In this document: positions 42,249-52,021 of the stretch, piece by piece
Numbering within the stretch: the stretch's first letter is position 1
Layout: the number at the start of each line of letters is the position of its first letter
Assembly (NCBI GenBank): GCA_963703155.1
Contig: OY969796.1
Location: 3,766,325-3,830,324 of the forward strand
DNA length: 64,000 nucleotides
Direction of reading: 5' to 3'
From: an uncultured Chloroflexia bacterium
GTDB taxonomy: Bacteria; Chloroflexota; Limnocylindria; Limnocylindrales; CSP1-4
Position numbers and translations under genes: made by a program
The notes under the pieces: generated by a model
The model's database searches: none
What the model was told of the DNA's origin: nothing
What the model saw: only the letters and a program-made list of their open reading frames with translations

Positions 42249-43640
42249 TCAGCCAGGCGACTCGGCGAGGACCACCCGTCGCAGGATCCTGCCGCTGACG
42301 GCCCGCCGGTACTCGGCGGTGGAGCGCACATCGTCGATCGGCCGGACGTCGACCTGCGCGGCGAGGGCGGCCCGCTCAGCGACCTCGCGAGAGGGGATCG
42401 CGCCCTCGAGGACGTCCTCGGCGCGCTCAGCCCGAATCGGGACCTCGGCGACCGACCCGAAGGCGACGCGCACGTCGGACCACACCGCGCGACCGTCCGG
42501 GCGGCGCCACGACACCGCCAGCACGACCTTCGAGACCGCCTGCGCCCGCCGCGTCCCGACCTTGCGGAAACGGACCTGGCGGTCGGCGACGAGCGGGATG
42601 CGGATCGCCGTCAGCAGCTCGTCGTCGAGGCGGGCGGTGCGACGGTAGCCGGTGAAGAAGTCGGCGGCATTCACCGCGCGTTCCCCCGCGTGACCGCGGA
42701 GCACGAGCCGCGCATCGGTTGCGAGGAGGAGCGGCAGCGTGTCCCCAGCGGGCGATGCGGTCATGACGTTGCCGCCCACCGTCCCGCGGTTCTGGATCTG
42801 CCGGGCGCCGACGCACGCAGCGACCTCGGCGAACACGGGCAGCACCCCGGCGATCTGCGTGGACCGGCGCAGGTCGGTGTACGTCGTCAAGGCGCCGATG
42901 ACGAGCTCGGCGCCCTCGCGGCGCACGCCTCGCAGCCCCTCGATCGCGGTGAGGTCGACGAATCGCGCGTCGGGCGGGATCGACCCCGCCGCCAGGCCGG
43001 CCATCAGGTCGGTGCCGCCGGCGAGTGGACGCCAGCCGTCGGCGACGAGCTCGAGGGCCTCATCGAGCGAGCTGGCGCGCATGACGGTGGGCCCGCCGCC
43101 CAGGCTCGAGACCGGGCGGGCCGCCACGCGGGATCCGGGACTGCTTCGGAACGCACGTGGGGTCGATGCAGCCGCCGCGATCGCCTCGATGATCTTCGTG
43201 TAGCCCGTGCACCGGCAGAGGTTCCCGGCAATCGCCTCGCGGATGGACGCGTCCGTGGGCGCGGCATCCGATGCGAGGAGGGCATGAGCCCCGATGAGCA
43301 TGCCGGGTGCGCACATCCCGCACTGCACCGCGCCCGCATCGAGGAAGGCCGCCTGCACGGCGTCGAGCGGTCCGCCCTCCGCGGCGAGTCCCTCGACCGT
43401 CACCACGTCGCGGCCGTCCACCTGGCAGACCGGCAGCAGGCAGCTGTTGACGACCTCGCCATCGACGAGGACGGAGCACGCCCCGCACTCCCCCTCCCCG
43501 CAGCCCTCCTTCGTCCCGGTGAGGCCGAGGTCAAGGCGGAGGACATCGAGCAGGCGCCGCCCACCCGGGGCCTGGACCTCGACGGCCTCGCCGTTGATCG
43601 TGAAGGTGACCGTCGACGACGACGGGCGGACGAGCGTCAT
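42249..43640 (-). CDS. xdhA: xanthine dehydrogenase small subunit, fused [2Fe-2S] and FAD-binding (Rhodobacter XdhA-like)
   Basis: Two 2Fe-2S clusters (CGEGECGACSV, CGMCAPG, CRCTGY), then a CO-dehydrogenase-flavoprotein-like FAD domain. 463 aa. Confidence 0.8.
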   Translation of the reverse strand: MTLVRPSSSTVTFTINGEAVEVQAPGGRRLLDVLRLDLGLTGTKEGCGEGECGACSVLVDGEVVNSCLLPVCQVDGRDVVTVEGLAAEGGPLDAVQAAFLDAGAVQCGMCAPGMLIGAHALLASDAAPTDASIREAIAGNLCRCTGYTKIIEAIAAAASTPRAFRSSPGSRVAARPVSSLGGGPTVMRASSLDEALELVADGWRPLAGGTDLMAGLAAGSIPPDARFVDLTAIEGLRGVRREGAELVIGALTTYTDLRRSTQIAGVLPVFAEVAACVGARQIQNRGTVGGNVMTASPAGDTLPLLLATDARLVLRGHAGERAVNAADFFTGYRRTARLDDELLTAIRIPLVADRQVRFRKVGTRRAQAVSKVVLAVSWRRPDGRAVWSDVRVAFGSVAEVPIRAERAEDVLEGAIPSREVAERAALAAQVDVRPIDDVRSTAEYRRAVSGRILRRVVLAESPG

Positions 43641-45907
43641 CACGCCACCCCCGGTCCGACGACGCCATCGGGACCCGCCGCGAGCGCGGCGAGCACGCGC
43701 TCCGGGGTCGCCGGCAGCTCCGTGATCCACACGCCCACCGCGTCCTGGATCGCGGCGATCACGGCTGGCGCGCCCACGTCCATCGGCAGCTCGCCGAGGC
43801 CCTTCGCCCCGTGCGGGACACCCGAGAACGGTCGCTCGACGAAGAGCGCGGTGATCCGCGGCGCATCGACGGCGGTCGGGATGAGGTAAGTCGTCAGGCG
43901 GTCGTTCCGGTAGCGGCCCTCCTCGACCTTGAGCTCCTCGAGCGTCGCGTAGCCGACCGCCTGGAGCGTTCCCCCCTCGACCTGGCCCGTGGCGAGCCGG
44001 CGGTTCACCACGCGGCCGACCTCGTCCACCTGGACCACCGACCGCACGACGACTTCGCCGGTGTCGGTGTCCACGTCAACCTCGGCCACGGCCGCAGCCC
44101 AGCTGTAGGCCGGGTAGGCATCGCCATGGTGCGCCGCCTCGTCCCACTCAACCCCCGGGAAGCCGGCGAACTGCTCGTCGATCCGAACGGGCCCGTGCGC
44201 TGCGGCCCACGGGCGGTACGCGTCGGCGAACGGCTGGCCCGTCTGCGCCTCGACCTCGTCACGCAGCCGGCCGGCGGCACCGACGAGGAGACCGCCCACC
44301 ACCATCGTGGAGCGCGAGGCGACCGTGGGGCCGCTGTTCGGCACAACGGACGTGTTGACGCTCGCGACCGTGACCGCATCAGCCGGGATCCCCAGGCGCT
44401 CGGCGACCAGCTGGGCCAGGACGGTGCGCGATCCCTGGCCGATCTCAGCGGTGGACGCGAGGATCCGAACCTGCGCGTCGGCTGTCAGCTCGATCGCGGC
44501 GATGCTCGCGAGGCGGGTCTCGCCGCTCCCGGTGAAGCCGGCGCCGTGCCATCCGGTGGCGAGCCCGACCCCGGACGCGATGGGGCTGTCGAGGTCGCCT
44601 GCCGCGCGGGCCAGGCGTGCGTCGGCCGTGCACTTGCGCTTGTGCTCGAACTCAGACGCCTCGACCGCCCGGCTGAGCACGTCGAGCGCCCCGACGCTCT
44701 CGCGGAGCCGCTGGCCGGTCGCGGTCGTGTCGCCCTCCATGTACGCCCACCGCCAGCGCAGGGTGTCGGGCGAGACGCCGAGCCGCTCGGCGATGCGATT
44801 GACGTGCGTCTCCACCGCGAACTCGACCTGCGGGGCGCCGAAGCCGCGGAACGCCCCGTTCGGCGGCGTGTTCGTCGCCATGGCCCGAGCCCGGATCCGG
44901 ACGTTCGGGCAGGCGTACGGCCCGGCGGCGTGGATCGCCCCGCGGGAGAGGACCACCGGCGAGATCGTTGCGTACGCGCCCGCATCCAGGACGATGTCGA
45001 TCTCCTGGGCCAGCAGCCGCCCGTCAGCCGACACCGCCGTGCGGTGGGTGACGATCGAGGGGTGCCGCTTCGTCGTGGCGATCAGGTCCTCGTGGCGGTC
45101 GTAGGCCATGCGCACGGGGCGGCCAGCCGCGCGGGCGAGCAGCGCCGCGTGGATGGCGATCATCGAGGGGTACTCCTCCTTGCCCCCGAACCCGCCGCCG
45201 GTCTCGGCCTGGATGACAACCGTCCGTTCGTCATCGAGCCCCATCGCCCGCTTGACCGCGGCGTGGACGTAGTAGGGGCACTGGAGGGACCCAATGATGG
45301 TGACCCCGCCGTCGTCACGGGGTACGGCGATGATCGCCTGGTTCTCGAGGTAGAGCTGCTCCTGGTGGCCGGTCCGGTAGGTGCCCTCGAGGACGATGGC
45401 GTCGGCGGGGAGCGCCGCGAACGCCGCCTCCACGTCCCCCTTCACGATCTCGTACCGCGCGAACGCCCGCGTCGATGCCAGCGCATCGATGACGGCCTCG
45501 AGCGGCTCGGTGCGCAGGACGATGTGGTCGCGCGCGGCCCGCGCGGTCTGCGGGTCGGCGGCAGCAACGAGCGCGACAGGCTCCGCCACGTGGCGGATCT
45601 CGCCGTCGGCGAGCGCGGGCTGATCGTCGGAAATGAGGCTGACGACGTTCTGGCCGGGGATGTCCGCCGCGGTCACGAGCACGACGGACGACCAGTCGAA
45701 CGCGGGGTCACGCTCAACGGCCAGGAGGCGGGCGCGCGCATGGGTCGAGCGCACGGTCGCGCCGTACCAGGCGCCGGGCACGACGAGGTCGTCGGTGAAG
45801 AGGGCTTTCCCCGTTACCTTCTGCGGGCCGTCGGACCGCTGGACGTCACGCTGGCCATTCGGCGACTCAAGCGGTGGGCGGGCGACACGCTCGAGCAAGT
45901 CAGCCAT
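43640..45907 (-). CDS. xdhB: xanthine dehydrogenase molybdopterin-binding large subunit
   Basis: 755 aa. KVTGKALFTDD N-terminus and GGGFGGKE motif. Stop/start overlap with xdhA. Confidence 0.85.
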   Translation of the reverse strand: MADLLERVARPPLESPNGQRDVQRSDGPQKVTGKALFTDDLVVPGAWYGATVRSTHARARLLAVERDPAFDWSSVVLVTAADIPGQNVVSLISDDQPALADGEIRHVAEPVALVAAADPQTARAARDHIVLRTEPLEAVIDALASTRAFARYEIVKGDVEAAFAALPADAIVLEGTYRTGHQEQLYLENQAIIAVPRDDGGVTIIGSLQCPYYVHAAVKRAMGLDDERTVVIQAETGGGFGGKEEYPSMIAIHAALLARAAGRPVRMAYDRHEDLIATTKRHPSIVTHRTAVSADGRLLAQEIDIVLDAGAYATISPVVLSRGAIHAAGPYACPNVRIRARAMATNTPPNGAFRGFGAPQVEFAVETHVNRIAERLGVSPDTLRWRWAYMEGDTTATGQRLRESVGALDVLSRAVEASEFEHKRKCTADARLARAAGDLDSPIASGVGLATGWHGAGFTGSGETRLASIAAIELTADAQVRILASTAEIGQGSRTVLAQLVAERLGIPADAVTVASVNTSVVPNSGPTVASRSTMVVGGLLVGAAGRLRDEVEAQTGQPFADAYRPWAAAHGPVRIDEQFAGFPGVEWDEAAHHGDAYPAYSWAAAVAEVDVDTDTGEVVVRSVVQVDEVGRVVNRRLATGQVEGGTLQAVGYATLEELKVEEGRYRNDRLTTYLIPTAVDAPRITALFVERPFSGVPHGAKGLGELPMDVGAPAVIAAIQDAVGVWITELPATPERVLAALAAGPDGVVGPGVA

Positions 45908-47372
45908 GGCTCGCCGCCGCGCCCACCAGCGTCCGTCCGATCGCCTCGGGGACCTCTGCCGCCGATGGCCCGTGCGGCCGGCCGTCCTCCAGCCGTCGCC
46001 CGCGGACCCACGCCGCGCGGACCATGTCCGGATGCTGCCGGAAGATCAGCCGGCCGATCAGCTCCTCGGGCTCGTCGGCCTCGGCTCCGGGCACGGGCAT
46101 CGTGAACTGCGGGTCAACGGCGACCATGTCGGCCTCCTTGCCGGGTTCCAGCGAGCCCACCCGTTCGTCGATCCCGAGCGCCCGGGCGCCTTCGATCGTC
46201 CCGAGCGCCAGCCAGTCCAGCGGTGACATCGGCGAGATCCGCGAGATCGGCGCCAGGGCCGTCGTCGAGTCGGCGTCGGCCGTCGCGCGCAGCAGCCCGT
46301 GCGTGTACGCACCCGCGCGCATGACCGAGAAGAGCGAGAGCGTGGGGCCTCCCGCAACGTCCGAGCCGAGCCCGACGACCAGACCCGCGGCCCGATACCG
46401 CGACAGCGGCATCGCCCCGCTCCCGAGGAAGAGGTTCGACTCCGGGCAGTGCGCGATGACCGTCCCCGTCTCGGCCAACCTGCCGATCTCGCGCGCGGAG
46501 AGGTGGATGGCGTGGGCCATGATCGTCCGCGCCCCGAGACCACCGGCCCGGTCGTAGACGTCAACGTAGTCGCGCGCGGCGGGGAACAGCCTCGCCACCT
46601 CGGCGAGCTCGTCCCGGTCCTCGGAGAGGTGCGTCTGCCAGTAGGCGCCCGTCGCCCGGGCCAGCACGGCAGACTCCCGGAGCAGCTCGGCGGTGCAGCT
46701 CACCGCGAAGCGCGGCGTGAAGGCGTACGAGAGCCGCCCGTCGTCACGCCCGTGCCACCGCTCGCACAGCTCGGCCGACTCGCGGAGCTCCACCTCGAGA
46801 CGCTGTTCCGGGGGTGTGTCACGGTAGGAGATCCGATCCATCATCACCCGACCCGCGACGAGCCGGATGCCATGCGCCTCCGCCGCCCGGAACGTCTCGT
46901 GCAGGCTCGGGGCCCACGCCGCGCCGTAGAGCACGACGGTGGTGGTCCCGAGCGCGGCCATGCGCTGGAAGGCGAGCGGCGCGAGGCTCGCCGCCGCCGG
47001 CCCGTCGAAGGTGCGCTCGAGCGGATAGATGTACCGCCCGAGCCACTCGAGCAGGTGGAGGCCCGCCCCGAGGCCCGCGTTGGGCAGCTGCGGCAGATGG
47101 GCGTGCAGGTCGATGAGTCCGGGGAGCAGGGCGAGCGGCCGGATGTCGACCACGCTCAGCCTCGGCTCCGGGCCCTGCTCGCGGGCCGCCTCCCAAGCCT
47201 CGTGGTCGGTGACCTCGGCGATCCGTCCGGCCGCGTCCACAGCGATGACGCCATCCGGGAGGAAGCGCGTGCCTCCCTCCCCGAGAGGAGTCACGATCCG
47301 TGCCCGGACCACGAATGGCCCGCGCCGCGGCAGGGCATCGAGTGCCCCGACCGCCTGTCGGTCGTCGGTCAC
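45900..47372 (-). CDS. guaD: guanine deaminase (amidohydrolase family)
   Basis: PGLIDLHAHLPQ motif plus the HxxE (HLSE), HA/HCP and D motifs. The start is uncertain; GTG 47372 was chosen. Confidence 0.7.
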   Translation of the reverse strand: MTDDRQAVGALDALPRRGPFVVRARIVTPLGEGGTRFLPDGVIAVDAAGRIAEVTDHEAWEAAREQGPEPRLSVVDIRPLALLPGLIDLHAHLPQLPNAGLGAGLHLLEWLGRYIYPLERTFDGPAAASLAPLAFQRMAALGTTTVVLYGAAWAPSLHETFRAAEAHGIRLVAGRVMMDRISYRDTPPEQRLEVELRESAELCERWHGRDDGRLSYAFTPRFAVSCTAELLRESAVLARATGAYWQTHLSEDRDELAEVARLFPAARDYVDVYDRAGGLGARTIMAHAIHLSAREIGRLAETGTVIAHCPESNLFLGSGAMPLSRYRAAGLVVGLGSDVAGGPTLSLFSVMRAGAYTHGLLRATADADSTTALAPISRISPMSPLDWLALGTIEGARALGIDERVGSLEPGKEADMVAVDPQFTMPVPGAEADEPEELIGRLIFRQHPDMVRAAWVRGRRLEDGRPHGPSAAEVPEAIGRTLVGAAASHG

Positions 47373-47500
47373 GCCGCGATGATGCGACGAGCGCCCCGGG
47401 GGCGGCGAGGGCCGAACCTCCCGCAGGCGGAGGCCCGGGTTGACGCCCCGACGAACACTCCGTGCCGTCATGATGGGGATCGAGCCGGTGCGAGCAAGGA

Positions 47501-47986
47501 GTGGTCGTGAAGACAATGGCGGGCATCCTCCCGTGGGCCGTCGTCCTGGCGGCGGCGGGGGGCGCGATCTGGTGGATGCTGTCGATGGACATGGCCGCGG
47601 GGCGGTGGCTGTTGGCCGCCGTGCTCATCGGTCACGGCGTGGTGCACCTCATGTTCGCGGTGCCTGCGCCGACGGCGACCGCGAACGGTCCCGCCTGGCC
47701 GTTCGACATGGCACGCTCGCGGGTCGTCCGGGTCGGCGTGAACCTCACCTTCGTCCGCGCCGTCGGGGTGGCCCTGATCGCCGTGGTCGTCGGCGGCTTC
47801 GCGATTGCCGCCCTGTCGACGGTCGGCATCCTGGTGCCAGCCGGCTGGTGGCAGGCGAGCGTTGCGCTCTCGGCCGTCGCATCCGCGATCCTGCTGCTCC
47901 TGTTCTTCGAGCCGCAGCTCGTGCTCGGCCCCGGGATCGACGCCGTCCTCGTCGCGGCCGTTGCCACCGGGGCGTGGGCTCCCTGA
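47501..47986 (+). CDS. hypothetical membrane protein
   Basis: 161 aa with 4-5 TM helices. Confidence 0.5.
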   Translation: MVVKTMAGILPWAVVLAAAGGAIWWMLSMDMAAGRWLLAAVLIGHGVVHLMFAVPAPTATANGPAWPFDMARSRVVRVGVNLTFVRAVGVALIAVVVGGFAIAALSTVGILVPAGWWQASVALSAVASAILLLLFFEPQLVLGPGIDAVLVAAVATGAWAP

Positions 47987-48153
47987 GGATCGCTCGCACG
48001 CGATCGCGCCCGACCTCAAGGGCGAGCACAGAGGCCTCGTAGTCCGGCTGGGCGTGCTGACGCGGGCGGGCCGAACGGTCCTCCACGGCGGCGGCTTGGA
48101 TCCGTACTGTCGCAAGCAGGACTGCGTGTCCGCATCATCTGGAGGAGCCCGCG

Positions 48154-48948
48154 ACGTCCATCACCGGCGAGCCGCTCGCCATCCCATCGATCCCCAACCT
48201 GCGCGATGTCGGCGGGTGCCCTACCCGCTCCGACCGGCGCGTCCGCTCCGGTCTCCTCTACCGGTCGTCTGGTCTCGCCGACATCGACGATTCAGACATC
48301 GCCGCGCTCGCTGGGCTGGGCATCCGGACGGTGTACGACCTGCGCATGGCCCAAGAGCAGGCATCGGCGCCCGATCGGCTCCCGCCAAGGACGCGGCACC
48401 TGCCCGTGGACGTCCTGGCCGGCTGGATGGAAGGTGGCCCGAGGCGGCTGTTCGTGTGGATGGAGGACGCGGCGGCCGCCCGCGCTGGCCTGGGCGACGG
48501 GGGTGCGGAGGCCCTCTGGACTGAGCAGTACCGCGCCTTCGTTCGACTTCCGAGCGCCCAGGCCGGGTATGGCGCGTTGTTCCGGGACCTTGCGATCGGG
48601 GGGCATCGGCCGGCGCTCGTGCACTGCGCCACCGGCAAGGACCGCACAGGCTGGGCCGCGGCCGCGCTGCAGCTCCTGCTGCACGTGCCTGAGGCCGCCG
48701 TGATGGCCCATTTCCTCGAGAGCCGACAGCACCTCGGGCCCCTGGTGGCGTCGATGCTCAACGCCATCAGCGCGCGGGGCGGCGACCCCGAGTTGTTCGC
48801 TCCCATCATGGACGTCCGCCCTGACTACCTCGAGGCCGCGCTCGATGAGGTACGGCACGGGTACGGGACGATCGAGCGCTACTTCAGCCATGGCCTGCAT
48901 GTCGATGGGGCCACGCAGGAGGCCCTGCGCATCGCCTTCACGGAGTGA
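48154..48948 (+). CDS. tyrosine-protein phosphatase family (PF13350-like) protein with an atypical start: ACG at 48154, 6 nt after GGAGGAG
   Basis: HCATGKDRTG is a CX5R P-loop. The conserved N-terminal IPNLRDVGG...YRSS lies in frame upstream of the first canonical start (GTG 48331), and no ATG/GTG/TTG is found back to the in-frame stop at 48058. Confidence 0.6.
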   Translation, partial: TSITGEPLAIPSIPNLRDVGGCPTRSDRRVRSGLLYRSSGLADIDDSDIAALAGLGIRTVYDLRMAQEQASAPDRLPPRTRHLPVDVLAGWMEGGPRRLFVWMEDAAAARAGLGDGGAEALWTEQYRAFVRLPSAQAGYGALFRDLAIGGHRPALVHCATGKDRTGWAAAALQLLLHVPEAAVMAHFLESRQHLGPLVASMLNAISARGGDPELFAPIMDVRPDYLEAALDEVRHGYGTIERYFSHGLHVDGATQEALRIAFTE

Positions 48949-49111
48949 TCTTGGCCGCGCGATGAGGCAGCCGCGATGGCCCCGACCGCGCGACCGGGCA
49001 ATGCCCATGACCCTGCTGGCCGGCGCCGACCCAGGGCGCTCGTCCCCGTTGACCAATTCCGCCGCTCTGTATACTCTATCCTCGATAATCGATGATTACT
49101 GGAGGACGACG

Positions 49112-49897
49112 ATGGCGGAGCTCGACAGGTTCAGGCTCGACGGCCGCGTCGCCCTCATCTCAGGTGGTGGCGGGGCCATCGGTTCGGCGATCGGGGCGGC
49201 GCTTGCGTGCGTCGGTGCCACGGTCGTGGTCGTGGATCGGACGAGCGAGCGTGCCGAGGAAGCAGCCGCTCGCGCGTGTGCCCTCGGCGGCGTGTGCATG
49301 GGCGTGACCGCGGACGTGACGATCGAGGCGGACGCCGAGCGGATCGTGCAGGAGACGCTCGACGCCCACGGCCGTCTGGACATCGTCGTCAACGCGGTTG
49401 GCGGCGGCGCTGGCCGCGTCCTGTTCGACGCCGAGGTGTACCCGCGCGACGCCTGGGACTGGATCTACGAGTTGAACGTCCGCAGCACCCTCGTGGCGAC
49501 CCAGCCGGCCGTGCGCGCGATGATCGCCGGCGGCCGCGGCGGCCGCGTCGTGAACATCTCGTCGGTGCGCGCCGCGCTGGGCATCAATGCGGGGTATTCG
49601 GCGTATGTCGCCGCGAAGGGCGCGATCAGCTCGCTGACCCGCCAGTGGGCGACCGAGTGGGCGAAACACGGCATCACCGTCAACGCCATCGCGCCCACGT
49701 TCGTGGACACCCCCCAGGTCGCGATGCTGCTGGACGACCCCGCGTTCAAGGCCAGCATCGTGAACAGGATCCCGATCGGCCGCGTGGGCGGGACCGATGA
49801 CCTCACCGGGGCCGTGCTGTTCTTCTGCTCGGACGCGGCATCGTTCGTGACGGGCCAGATCCTCGGCATCGACGGCGGCCTCACCGCGACCCAGTGA
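49112..49897 (+). CDS. SDR family oxidoreductase
   Basis: GGGGAIG Rossmann motif and the YxxxK catalytic pair (YVAAK). RBS GGAGGA. Confidence 0.8.
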   Translation: MAELDRFRLDGRVALISGGGGAIGSAIGAALACVGATVVVVDRTSERAEEAAARACALGGVCMGVTADVTIEADAERIVQETLDAHGRLDIVVNAVGGGAGRVLFDAEVYPRDAWDWIYELNVRSTLVATQPAVRAMIAGGRGGRVVNISSVRAALGINAGYSAYVAAKGAISSLTRQWATEWAKHGITVNAIAPTFVDTPQVAMLLDDPAFKASIVNRIPIGRVGGTDDLTGAVLFFCSDAASFVTGQILGIDGGLTATQ

Positions 49898-49919
49898 CAG
49901 GATCGGAGACGCGAAGGCG

Positions 49920-50879
49920 ATGAACCAGGCGACCGCGTTCAGGATGGAATCAGTCACGCCCAACGTGTTCACCCACACGAGGCTGCGCGGCTGCAACCCC
50001 AGCTTCGTGGTGACCTCGGACGGCGTCGTCGTCATCGACACGCCGCAGCTGCCGACGAAGGCCGTGGCCATGCGCAGGCTCGCCGAGTCGCACGGCCCAA
50101 TTCGGTACCTGATCAACACCGAGCACCACGTCGACCACATCTTTGGCAATTACTACTTCCGGGGCGCCGGCGCGGTGGTCAACCACCAGGAGCTGTACGA
50201 CCGGTTCATGGTGGTCTTCCCGGAGCTCGACCCCTTCGCCTACGCCTATAAATCGCTGCCCGGGACCAATCCCAAGGGCACCGACCTCGATGACCCGGAG
50301 GCCCTTGCCCTGTGGCCGGACCGGGATGCGTACTACTGCGACCCGAACAAGGGCACGATCGTGTTCACCGGCGACCTGACGCTGCACGTCGGCGACCACA
50401 CATTCAACCTGCTCCACACGCCCGGCCACACCCCCGGTCAGCTCGCCGTCCATGTCCCCGAGGAGCGGGTGGTGTTCACCGGCGACACGATCTTCTCGGG
50501 CTGCCAGACCTGGCTCATGACCTCCGACGTGGACCAGTGGCTCGTTGCGCTGGAGCGCATCGGGACCCTGGACGTGGACTGGATCTGCCCGGGCCACGGG
50601 CCGGTCGTGTCCAAGTCGTACCTCGATGTCCAGCGCGCCCACCTCCTGGACTGGAAGGCGGCCGTTGCGGACGCGATCGCCAAGGGCTGGTCACGGGAGG
50701 AGACGATCGCCCGCGTCAACTTCGTGGGCGTGTTCGGTCCCGTCGACATCGGCCAGGGGTACATGCTGGACTACATCCAGTCCCGCAACGCGGCAGCGCT
50801 CTACGACAAGCTGACGGGGAGCACGCCGCAGCTGACGGCCCCTGACGACACCGCGGCGCAGGCGGTCGCCGCCCGCTGA
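49920..50879 (+). CDS. MBL-fold metallo-hydrolase
   Basis: HHVDH (HxHxDH) motif plus downstream His residues. 319 aa. Confidence 0.75.
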   Translation: MNQATAFRMESVTPNVFTHTRLRGCNPSFVVTSDGVVVIDTPQLPTKAVAMRRLAESHGPIRYLINTEHHVDHIFGNYYFRGAGAVVNHQELYDRFMVVFPELDPFAYAYKSLPGTNPKGTDLDDPEALALWPDRDAYYCDPNKGTIVFTGDLTLHVGDHTFNLLHTPGHTPGQLAVHVPEERVVFTGDTIFSGCQTWLMTSDVDQWLVALERIGTLDVDWICPGHGPVVSKSYLDVQRAHLLDWKAAVADAIAKGWSREETIARVNFVGVFGPVDIGQGYMLDYIQSRNAAALYDKLTGSTPQLTAPDDTAAQAVAAR

Positions 50880-50905
50880 ACGTCTCGTCAGGCCGAACGC
50901 AGTCA

Positions 50906-51534
50906 GGAGTCCGCCCCGTGCCCGAGACCATGCAGGCGCTCGTCGTGGTCGAGCCCAACCGCCTCGAGGTCCGCGAGGTGCCCGTGCCCGTGCCCGGGCC
51001 CAACGAGGTCCTCGCCCGCGTGCGCGCGGTGTCCATCTGCGGCACCGACGCCCACCTCGTCCGGGGCGACTACCCGGGCTTCTGGCCGCCCTCGTTCCCG
51101 TTCACCCCGGGCCACGAGTGGGCGGGCGAGGTGGCCGCCCTGGGCCCCGGCGCCGAGCGCTTCGGCTGGCGGGTGGGGGACCGGGTCGCGGGCACCAGCC
51201 ACGACGCCTGCGGCGTGTGCCAGAAGTGCGTCGAGGGCCGCTACAACCTGTGCGAGAACTACGGCCGGGCGGGGCTCCACCGGCAGTACGGCCACAGCGT
51301 CCAGGGCGCGGACGCCGAGTACGTCGTCCACGGGGTGAAGTCCGTGTTCCCGCTGCCCGACGCGCTCTCGTTCGACGACGGCGCGCTCGTCGACCCGGCC
51401 TCGATCGCGCTCCACGTCGCCAACCGCGGCGGCGTCGCCCCGGGCGACGCGGTGGCCGTCACCGGCGCCGGGGCCATCGGCCTGCTCGGCGGCGACGCCG
51501 CGCGGGTCCGGGGGGCGGCGCGCGTGATCGTCGT
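50906..51534. repeat. inverted repeat arm A (about 629 bp, apparently identical to 55548-56177 on the opposite strand), beginning at the RBS of the ADH gene
   Basis: All three reading-frame translations are identical between the two copies. Identity decays to roughly 85% protein identity beyond 51534. Confidence 0.75.
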
Positions 51535-51973
51535 GGGGAGAGGATCCCGGCTGGCGAAGGCGGCGGCCCTCGGGTTCGAGGTGGTGGACACCGCCGCCGG
51601 CGACCCGGTGGGGGCCGTCCGGGCCATGACCGGCGGCTTCGGCGTGGACGTCGTGCTCGAGTGCGCGGGGGTGCCCGCCACCGTTGAGTGGGGGCTCGAG
51701 ATGCTCCGGCGCGGCGGGCGCTGCGCGGCCGTGGGCATCCCCACCGTGGGCGTCGAGATCGCGATGCAGCGGCTCGTGCTCGACGAGATCGAGCTCGTCG
51801 GCTCGCGCGCCTCGGCGGGCGAGATGCGGCGCGTCATGCCCCTCGTGGAGCAGGGCCGGATGCGCGTGCGGGAGATGATCACGCATCGGTTCCCGCTCGC
51901 CGACTATGCGGAGGCGCTCGCCACGTTCAACGACCGCTCGAGCGGGGCCATCAAGATCATCATCGAGCCGTAG
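50918..51973 (+). CDS. zinc-dependent alcohol dehydrogenase (MDR family), copy 1
   Basis: GHEWAGEV, structural zinc Cys cluster CGVCQKC, and GAGAIG Rossmann motif. Confidence 0.8.
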   Translation: MPETMQALVVVEPNRLEVREVPVPVPGPNEVLARVRAVSICGTDAHLVRGDYPGFWPPSFPFTPGHEWAGEVAALGPGAERFGWRVGDRVAGTSHDACGVCQKCVEGRYNLCENYGRAGLHRQYGHSVQGADAEYVVHGVKSVFPLPDALSFDDGALVDPASIALHVANRGGVAPGDAVAVTGAGAIGLLGGDAARVRGAARVIVVGRGSRLAKAAALGFEVVDTAAGDPVGAVRAMTGGFGVDVVLECAGVPATVEWGLEMLRRGGRCAAVGIPTVGVEIAMQRLVLDEIELVGSRASAGEMRRVMPLVEQGRMRVREMITHRFPLADYAEALATFNDRSSGAIKIIIEP

Positions 51974-52021
51974 CGCAGAGTCGCGCGCGCCCATCCGCGG
52001 CGTGCTCGCCCGCGACGGTGC

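Noticed and set aside
51535-51555. GGATCC (BamHI) encoding Gly-Ser exactly where the two ADH copies stop being identical (GRGS versus ERNPL)
   Set aside because: It looks like a cloning scar, but a single 6-bp site in 70%-GC DNA is expected by chance and the flanking codons remain homologous. Treated as coincidence.
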